64,000 bases of DNA, taken from contig BQFW01000013.1 of assembly GCA_020891255.1 (NCBI GenBank), positions 620,001 through 684,000 of the forward strand, given 5' to 3'. Numbering within the stretch: position 1 is the first letter of the stretch; each line of letters opens with the position of its first letter. The notes under the pieces are model-generated. The model was not told where the DNA came from, ran no database searches, and saw only the letters and a program-made list of their open reading frames with translations. The DNA is from Entomortierella parvispora E1425. Lineage: Eukaryota; Fungi; Mortierellomycota. Of the stretch, positions 51,676 through 59,181 are shown piece by piece. The translations under genes were made by a program, and so were the position numbers.

Positions 51676-53055
51676 TTATTCTAAATGAAAGATCTTGCTG
51701 AGCAGCTTCTTCACCTTCACCATTTTACGGACGGAGAGAAAAGATAGGACATAGTCTTGGATGGAGACAATGTCTTGGTCACTAAAAAAACCACCTTCAT
51801 GATCAGCAAGAACAAGGGGTCCACGACTTGAAAGGACTCGAATGTTCGCTCCACTCTGCTTGAGAACGTCCACCATGGGCCGACTAGAGTAAGGGTCTCG
51901 AGCCTTACTGATATCACGCAACCCGACTTGATTTAGAACTAATCCTACGACTGGCCCCCTCTTCATACTGCTCAGAACAGTATGCATCATAGTAAGGTCA
52001 CCGGGATCCACGCGACCGTTTCGAGGGCAAATAACAAAGAAAATAGCATAGGGTTGTCCGTCGTTCAGCCTGCTATTGAGCTCCATCGAAAGTGGTTCAC
52101 AAGAGCCAAAATATTGGCCGTCACTGTTGTCGAGGATGCCAGGGCAATCGACCAGCCGCAGGTGATTGTTCCCACAGTGAATGTATTGCTGTTCGCACTC
52201 AAGTCTTGTCAATTGCCTGAATCCGGAATGGAAAGTCGCTCCGAGAGCCTTGTGAAGGGTGGTTTTGCCAACACCAGGCCTACCGATAAAGATCACTGAT
52301 TCTCGGCATGTAGTGCCTGCATCCTTGACATCGTCCTGCGCGTCTAACAGCGACAGGTCTTGCAAGACCTGCTGCCCCGTCGCTACCGACATCTGATCAA
52401 ACCCTTCGCTCGGCGACCTTGCCTGAGTCGGAATTGCACGGATACGAACTTGCCGCGGCTCAAACCCTAGGATATAATTCCGAATATCTTCGATTTCATT
52501 GTCATCGAACTTTTCTTTGTGTTTACGAAGGAAAAGATATCTCTCATCGGCCAAGAACTCCAGGTTTGCTCCTACTCCCATCAGCGTTGTTCGCACGAAT
52601 CCGGGAGCTGTAACGATGTCAAAGCTGCTGTTGTATATCTGTGTCATAATCAGCCCAATTTGAGGCCCCTCTTCCATGCCTTCGAGAATCAGCTTCATGA
52701 GCATCAGGTCCGGGCTTTGGATTGTCCCGTTTCGCCAGGGCGCGATCACAAAGAAAACGACGCAGTTGCCTCCATTGTTAAGTCTGTCTCGGATTATCCC
52801 GAGATTGAAATCAACTGAATTCTTGACCGTTGCCGTGCACCCAGCGGTGGGATGGTCATTGACCCCTGGGGTATCGACCAGGTATAAACTATGTTGACGG
52901 CAAGCCACCCGTTGAGGATCTCCCACGGGCATTCCTGTGACTTCATGGTACCCACTTTCAAATGATCCTCCAAGAGCATTGTGAAGGGCGCTTTTGCCGA
53001 CTCCGGGGTTTCCGATGAATATGACTGAGGTGATATTCGAGGCTTCGATTTCCAT
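51676..53055 (-). CDS. Paraseptin-like GTPase, two-domain fusion (C-type + divergent C-type) (C2)
   Basis: Domain 1: GNPGVGKSALHN..GMPVGDPQ..DTPG..WRNGTIQ. Domain 2: GRPGVGKTTLHK..DCPG..PRNGRVD. The start is taken at MEIEAS (53055). Confidence 0.88.
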   Translation of the reverse strand: MEIEASNITSVIFIGNPGVGKSALHNALGGSFESGYHEVTGMPVGDPQRVACRQHSLYLVDTPGVNDHPTAGCTATVKNSVDFNLGIIRDRLNNGGNCVVFFVIAPWRNGTIQSPDLMLMKLILEGMEEGPQIGLIMTQIYNSSFDIVTAPGFVRTTLMGVGANLEFLADERYLFLRKHKEKFDDNEIEDIRNYILGFEPRQVRIRAIPTQARSPSEGFDQMSVATGQQVLQDLSLLDAQDDVKDAGTTCRESVIFIGRPGVGKTTLHKALGATFHSGFRQLTRLECEQQYIHCGNNHLRLVDCPGILDNSDGQYFGSCEPLSMELNSRLNDGQPYAIFFVICPRNGRVDPGDLTMMHTVLSSMKRGPVVGLVLNQVGLRDISKARDPYSSRPMVDVLKQSGANIRVLSSRGPLVLADHEGGFFSDQDIVSIQDYVLSFLSVRKMVKVKKLLSKIFHLE

Positions 53056-53682
53056 GAGTGCGTGGCCGCTGAAGGATCGTTTTTGTGGATGGTTGGTTGG
53101 TGAGTAAAACTTGAAAAAGAGAAAAAACAGGGGACAGGGAGTAAAAAGAGAGAGCAATTTGCTTCGCCTTTTTTTTTTTTTTTTTTTTTTGTGGCAGCCA
53201 GCCACCTACAGGGGTGTGGCACCAACGTCGTCGGGCATTGAGGACATGGGAGCGTTCATCCGTTCATTATCTCTTGCTCCTTGCACGCTGAAGTCGATTT
53301 ACTGAGGTCAATGGTCCATCAGTTCTTTTTTTTTATGGTTGGGGATGTCTTGGATTAATTAAGATCGCGTGGGGCTTTCGTGTGTTCAAGTTCACAGGTT
53401 TTGCCGCAGTAGCCAGACCTCCTTCTATGCTCTTTATGGTTCGGGGAATCCTTTGCTCCTGAGATTAAAACTACTGCTTCGGACCTTGTTGTTCAGACTG
53501 AGATGTGGGACAGACAAGAAGCAATAATGATCTTTGGTCATTCGATGCTCTGCCTCTTGTTTGCCTCCCCCGAGATGTTTGCGTTTTGAGCATTCCCCTC
53601 TGTAATCACCCCGCTAGTCTAGACTAAATCGATGCCAGGCCACGGTTCAATGCACTGTGAAAAGCTAGGATAAAAACTTGCT

Positions 53683-54372
53683 TTAATGCATTGCCTGCTG
53701 CAAGATAGCCATGAGCAGCATGAGAATGATACGAAGGGACTTGGCCAACATGTCGTGGATTTGGACCTCTTTCGGTTTGAACCCGAGGATATAATGCTTG
53801 ATGTCGTGCCGATCCTGCTCAGAGAACCCATCTTCGTGGTCTGCAAGCACCAAATGTGGCTGTTTGTCAAGAAAAGTCAAATCGGCCTTGTTTTCCTCCA
53901 GAACCTTGCGAACTGCAGCAATGTAAGACTCGGACTGCACTTGATCAAGGTGTCCTGGCATGACTTGATTGATAATCAACCCAACCTTGGGGCCCTTCTT
54001 CATACTGTTGAGGACGAGCTGCATCAAAGCCAAAGTGCCAGGCTCAATGCGACCGTTTCTTGGACTGATAACAAAGAAGATTGCGCACACAAGTCCGTCG
54101 TTCATGGCCTCCTGCAACATCTTTAGCCGAATATTGGTCCTCTCGTCTCCCTGTCCTCCCTCTCCTGGATCACTGATTCCGGGTGTGTCGACTAGTCGGA
54201 AGCTCCGGTCTTCGATTTTAACATCATTGTGGGAGACACGCGTTGTCATGCCATGAAGGTCGCTGAATCCACTTGGAAAGTCCCCTCCAAGAGCATTAAG
54301 GATGGCGCTTTTCCCGGCTCCTGGATTGCCGACCATAATAACGGACGCCTTCTTGGTGAAAAAGGTATTCAT
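53683..54372 (-). CDS. Paraseptin-like GTPase, B-type (B2), 229 aa
   Basis: GNPGAGKSAILN, GMTT, FRLVDTPG, SPRNGRIE, NKADLTFL and a very hydrophobic C-terminus. Confidence 0.9.
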   Translation of the reverse strand: MNTFFTKKASVIMVGNPGAGKSAILNALGGDFPSGFSDLHGMTTRVSHNDVKIEDRSFRLVDTPGISDPGEGGQGDERTNIRLKMLQEAMNDGLVCAIFFVISPRNGRIEPGTLALMQLVLNSMKKGPKVGLIINQVMPGHLDQVQSESYIAAVRKVLEENKADLTFLDKQPHLVLADHEDGFSEQDRHDIKHYILGFKPKEVQIHDMLAKSLRIILMLLMAILQQAMH

Positions 54373-54709
54373 TGTGCAGCGACGGTGTTGTGTAGTGGTT
54401 GTCCGAGATGACTTGAGGGAGGATGGTCGTTAGATCGAGGGGCGAAGGCTGTGGGAGAAAAGAAAAAGGAGATGAGTCGACTCAGAGAGAGCAAGGAAGG
54501 AAGCAGAGAGCAGAGAGCGCCCGACTTTGCCTTTTTGTTTTTGTTTCCATTGCTTGTGATCAGCTTTGCCATTTTTCATGCACCACGAGCTTGAACAACA
54601 TGCTCTCCGCGGGCGACTCCTCAGTGCAGTCATTGGCAAAAAGGCTCAGTCGCAAAAAACAACAAAGGGCAAAGGGGCAACAAGTTAATTCTTTTATTGA
54701 GGACTCTCT

Positions 54710-55633
54710 TCACGGCTGGAGCACCTGTCGAAGAGTCTCAAAATAATGGGCCACCACGCCACTGACCAAGTCCTGGACCTGTATTCTCTTTGGTTGAAAG
54801 CTCAATACGTAGTTCCTGATCTCGTCCTTCTCTGCTTGACTGAATCCGATTTTCTCGACATGGTTACAAAGAACCAACGTCTGCTCAGCATAGTCGAGCA
54901 GGTTCATGTTTTTGCAATCTGCACCCCGCAACAGATTATACAATGAGGATGTGTAGGTGGGAGTCTGGACACTTGCAACATTGACCTTTCGAATCTGTGT
55001 GAATATCAACCCTACTGTCGGGCCGCTCTCGATATTGTCAAGGACGAGCTTCAAAAGAGCCAAGTCGCTGGAGTCGATCCTTCCTCGTCTGGGTGAAATG
55101 ACAAAGAAAAGCACATAGTCATCGCCGTTGTTCAAAGTCGCTTGAAGCAACTCAAGATTCCGCAAAAAGTTTCCTTCCTTATTTTCTCTTCCAGAGTCAT
55201 AGATCCCTGGCATATCCACCAGTCGAATGGGCCGGCCTTTGAGTTCAAGCTCTTGCGTCGTCGCCTGCCTTGTCAAACCGGATACTCGACTAAAGCCACT
55301 GTCAAAGGTTCCGCCGAGCGCATTAAGCAGGGCACTCTTCCCTACCCCAGGGTTTCCCACAAATATCACCGAGGTTGTGTGCGTAGCCAGATCACTTGAT
55401 GGCGCCTCAGGCGGGCTCGTCAGCCTTCGAAGTGCACGAGCAGGTTGAGGTGTTGGGTCCTGATGAATGTCCCTTTGCACAGACACGTTCGAGGGGGCCG
55501 TGCTTTTCCGTCGGCCATCGGGGCTTCCTACTGTAGACTGACCAGCACCGGACGCCGCAGTCAAAGTCGTAGCGGCTTTAAACTTGTCCGCAAGTCGAAA
55601 CTTCTTCTTTAATCCTGAAAACAGGCCTGTCAT
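54710..55633 (-). CDS. Paraseptin-like GTPase, A-type (A2), 307 aa
   Basis: GNPGVGKSALL, GLTR, LVDMPGIY, SPRRGRID, DNIESGP and ADCKN. Confidence 0.9.
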   Translation of the reverse strand: MTGLFSGLKKKFRLADKFKAATTLTAASGAGQSTVGSPDGRRKSTAPSNVSVQRDIHQDPTPQPARALRRLTSPPEAPSSDLATHTTSVIFVGNPGVGKSALLNALGGTFDSGFSRVSGLTRQATTQELELKGRPIRLVDMPGIYDSGRENKEGNFLRNLELLQATLNNGDDYVLFFVISPRRGRIDSSDLALLKLVLDNIESGPTVGLIFTQIRKVNVASVQTPTYTSSLYNLLRGADCKNMNLLDYAEQTLVLCNHVEKIGFSQAEKDEIRNYVLSFQPKRIQVQDLVSGVVAHYFETLRQVLQP

Positions 55634-55847
55634 CTCAAAGGTGTCACGGTGGAAAGTTGTTGTGAAGGAAAGGAAAAAGAGGGAGCATTCGAGTGTGGGA
55701 CTGAGCCTGGAAAATGAGCCTCAAAAAAAAAAAAAAAAAAAAGTCCCTTCAGCCACATTGGCTTCGCCACTTTCCCTTTTCTATTTTCGCCAGGGATACG
55801 ATGATTGACAATCATACGACTGAGTACGGGCTGCTTTATTCTTTTAC

Positions 55848-56540
55848 TCACTGAAACATTCTCTGGAAGAAAGCGAGAAGCCTTCTCCATAGAGAGGACA
55901 CCATGCTCTCGACATGCACTTGTCGTGGTTCGAACGACAGGATGTAGTCCCTGATATCTTCTACCTCTTGATCAGTGAAGCTGTCTTCGTGCGTTCCAAG
56001 GACAAGAGCTTGCCTCTTCGAGAGGGATTCCAAGTTCGCACCACCTTGCCTCAGAACATCCATCACCTGCTCCAGGTAGGTGGTCTGTTTAACGGATTCC
56101 AGGTGCTTTCTCAAAACTTGAGTCAAGATCAACCCCACAATCGGACCCTCGTTCATTTTGCTGAGCACAAGCTGGATCAGGGCCAGATCGCTGGGATCAA
56201 TACGTCCATTCCTCGGCGTGATAACAAAGAAGATCACGTAGGTATTGCCGTCGTTCAACCTGTTCTTGAGCAACATGAGATGCTCATCCGTGACGCTGTC
56301 CCCGCCTGCTCCACTGTTATCGTTAATCCCTGGGATGTCGACCAACCGTAATCTTCTTCTGTTGCACTCGACAATCTGCGGTTCGCCCACCCCCATCCCC
56401 TGAACAGACGAAAATCCGTTTTCGAATTTTGCACCAAGGGCATTGTGTAGGGTACTCTTTCCGACTCCAGGGTTACCGATAAAAGCAACGGACATTGGAG
56501 GACCTGGCGCGGCCGATCGACTCAGGAGGGCAGCAAGCAT
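55848..56540 (-). CDS. Paraseptin-like GTPase, C-type (C1)
   Basis: GNPGVGKSTLHN, GMGVGEPQIVEC, LVDIPG, TPRNGRID and ILTQ. The start is taken at MLAALL (56540). Confidence 0.9.
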   Translation of the reverse strand: MLAALLSRSAAPGPPMSVAFIGNPGVGKSTLHNALGAKFENGFSSVQGMGVGEPQIVECNRRRLRLVDIPGINDNSGAGGDSVTDEHLMLLKNRLNDGNTYVIFFVITPRNGRIDPSDLALIQLVLSKMNEGPIVGLILTQVLRKHLESVKQTTYLEQVMDVLRQGGANLESLSKRQALVLGTHEDSFTDQEVEDIRDYILSFEPRQVHVESMVSSLWRRLLAFFQRMFQ

Positions 56541-56660
56541 GGTAGATAAATGGGAGGGTTGGCTCTTGAACAGTAACGGTGAGAGAGATAGAAACCCCCT
56601 TTTTTTTTTTGAGCGAGCGGGCTCCATGTCAATTGCTTTGCCCTTGCATCTCTAAGATGC

Positions 56661-56710
56661 TTTGCCTTGCTGTGCCTTGATGTGCCTTGCTGTGCCTTGC
56701 TTTGCCTTGT
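56661..56710 (+). repeat. 10-bp tandem repeat (TGCCTTGCTG-like) x about 5 in the B1-C1 intergenic region
   Basis: tttgccttgc tgtgccttga tgtgccttgc tgtgccttgc tttgccttgt is directly visible. Confidence 0.85.
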
Positions 56711-56868
56711 GCTTCCAAGATACTTCGCCATTGTTCGTACAGGTCATCTCTGTATGGATTGACTACAACAATGTGGTTCGGCACAAGTACCTCATGGCCA
56801 ACTTCGTCAAAAGTCATTCGACACTGTGTATTTGGTAAAACATATGTAGTAACTGCGAGGGGAAAGAC

Positions 56869-57630
56869 TCAATTGCCATAAGCCCCTGAGAGCAAGAGCA
56901 TGACATTGTGGGCAGCTATCTCTTTGAAGGCCTGGAAGAGGACAAACAGTGCAGAGGCAACCATGTCACGGATTTTGATCTGTGTCGGGACGAATCCAAG
57001 GATGTAGTTTTGGATCGAAAGTCGCTCTTCTCTAGTAAAGCCATCTTCATGACCACGAAGGACTAAAGGTCCGGTCTGCTTTAGAAACCTTAGGTCGGCA
57101 TTGTTGTTCCTCAACACTTGAAGAATGTTGTCATAGTAGTCTCCCGACTCAACTTGGCTCATATGGGCCTTCCTGATCTGAGTAATGATTAATCCCACCA
57201 AAGGACCCTCATCCATGCTGCTGAGGACCAACTGCATCAACGCCAAGTCGCCAGGACTCACTCTGCCGCTGCGTGGAGTAATAACAAAGAAGATTACGTG
57301 GGCGTGTCCATCATTCAGCGTGTCGTGGAGCATACCCAAGTGGCGATCGGTTGTCGTGTCAGCGGCATGAGTGTATTCACCTCCTGCGGAATCTTGAATA
57401 CCAGGTATGTCCACGAGTCGGAAATGCCTCTTGCAAAGAGTGACATCTTGTGTGGTGACAGTTTGAGTCAATCCACTCACACTGCTGTACCCACTCTGAA
57501 AGTTTCCGCCTAAAGCATTGAGGATGGCACTTTTTCCGCAGCCTGGGTTCCCAATCATCACCACGCCGGTTCTGCCGGTCAAAAGCGTGTCCACTGCGAC
57601 GGTTCTCCAAATAGTATCTAGTAAGGTCAT
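56869..57630 (-). CDS. Paraseptin-like GTPase, B-type (B1), 253 aa
   Basis: GNPGCGKSAILN, GLTQ, FRLVDIPG, TPRSGRVS, NNADLRFL and a hydrophobic C-terminus. Confidence 0.9.
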   Translation of the reverse strand: MTLLDTIWRTVAVDTLLTGRTGVVMIGNPGCGKSAILNALGGNFQSGYSSVSGLTQTVTTQDVTLCKRHFRLVDIPGIQDSAGGEYTHAADTTTDRHLGMLHDTLNDGHAHVIFFVITPRSGRVSPGDLALMQLVLSSMDEGPLVGLIITQIRKAHMSQVESGDYYDNILQVLRNNNADLRFLKQTGPLVLRGHEDGFTREERLSIQNYILGFVPTQIKIRDMVASALFVLFQAFKEIAAHNVMLLLSGAYGN

Positions 57631-57987
57631 AGAAGAGAAGGTTCAGAGGCGTTGGGAATAAAGAAGTGAGAGTCTTGATTCTGACACATCAAAAGTCTCT
57701 CTGGCCCTGGTGCTTTTCCTTGACTTTGCCCTTGGCCCTCAAAGCAACTAATGTGCTTGCATCAACCCCCCTGTCACCTCTTTGCCTTGCCATTCATGCA
57801 ATAAAATCAATGAAGCTTTGGTCGTGGCAAAGAAACGGCATCCAACCATGCAAACCCCTGCATGACGGAAGCCGTGCACTTATCAGGCGCCTTTGATGGT
57901 TTTGGCGAAGCCCAAAGCCAAGCTGAGGCATTCTTGTCTTCACAAAGAGTAATTTAATAAAGAGGGCAAACCGAAAAGCTACAAGCA

Positions 57988-58869
57988 CTAGAAGGCCCTC
58001 TTGAGGAGCTCAAAGTAACTAGAGACCATGCTCACCACCATGTCGCGGACGACCATCCTTCTCGGGGTAAAGCTGAGAACGTAGTTTTCGATCCACTCCA
58101 CCTCGAAATCCTCAAACTTGTCGAGATCCTCCCTGTGCATGCACAAAACCAAGGTGTTGTGGGCAGTGTCAAGCATCGCCGCGTTTTTGCACTCTGCTTT
58201 TTTGAGTCGATTATGTATCGCAGTTGTGTAGTCAGGATCTTGCACGCTGGGATAATGCTTTTGAGCAACCTGAGTAATAATCAACCCCACGGTCGGGCCT
58301 TGCTCGATGTTGTCTAGAACGAGCTTCATCAAAGCTAGATCACCGTTGTCAATTCTGCCATTACGGGGACTGATAACGAAAAAAATCGCATGCTCATCTC
58401 CGTTGTTCAAGACCGTGTGAAGGGTCTCAAGGTTCTTCATAAACTCTACGGATTTCCCTTCACCCGTTTCGTAAACCCCAGGCATGTCCACCAAATCGAG
58501 GACTCGACCATGACGCTTGATCTCGGTTCGATATGATCTCGTGGTTGTTGTCAATCCGCCAACGTCGCTATAACCACTTTTGAAATCCCCTCCGAGAGCG
58601 TTGAGTAGTGCGCTTTTGCCAACGCCAGGATTGCCCACGAAAATGATCGAGCTTGGCTCCTTCCGTGGGTGAGATGACGGTACTGTTCTTTTCCGGTTTG
58701 GCAGCGGAGGCAACGGGCTTTGGCCATTGTCATTCCTTGGCGTGTGGCTCAGAGCGTGATTTCCAAACTGTGTGTGCTCCATGGGAGGCGTCAACGGCTG
58801 AGGACCGGAAAACACTGAAGACACTGAAGATATTATGTTCCTGATTGTGGGTGATCTAGGAGGCTCCAT
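57988..58869 (-). CDS. Paraseptin-like GTPase, A-type (A1), 293 aa
   Basis: GNPGVGKSALL, GLTT, LVDMPGVY, SPRNGRID, DNIEQGP and AECKN. Confidence 0.9.
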   Translation of the reverse strand: MEPPRSPTIRNIISSVSSVFSGPQPLTPPMEHTQFGNHALSHTPRNDNGQSPLPPLPNRKRTVPSSHPRKEPSSIIFVGNPGVGKSALLNALGGDFKSGYSDVGGLTTTTRSYRTEIKRHGRVLDLVDMPGVYETGEGKSVEFMKNLETLHTVLNNGDEHAIFFVISPRNGRIDNGDLALMKLVLDNIEQGPTVGLIITQVAQKHYPSVQDPDYTTAIHNRLKKAECKNAAMLDTAHNTLVLCMHREDLDKFEDFEVEWIENYVLSFTPRRMVVRDMVVSMVSSYFELLKRAF

Positions 58870-59181
58870 TTTACCCCGATGCTTACAAATGTTTGCTGCA
58901 GAAATGATGGACTATAGAAGCGAGAAGCGTGAGAATGGCAGTAAAAAATGAAGTTCAAGAAAGCGACACTTTAAATGCCAGCTGAACTGCCGGCTTCGCC
59001 ATTGACTGCTCCCCAATCTCTCTCACAAATGACCGCCAATCGCTTCGCTGGAGGCTCTCATCTCCTCGTGCTGCTTTGCCATGATTTGATGTTCTCAATT
59101 GGTTTGCTTCGCCATTAAGAATGTACACCAGAGATCAACGATAATAGTTTTCAATAAATATGTAGTTGTATTTTACATCGA

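Noticed and set aside
45509-58869. Reading the GTPase array as collapsed or duplicated assembly, Ras-family genes or true septins
   Set aside because: Copies are too diverged to be assembly duplicates. They lack NKxD, SAK and CAAX motifs of Ras-like proteins, and lack the septin unique element and coiled coil.
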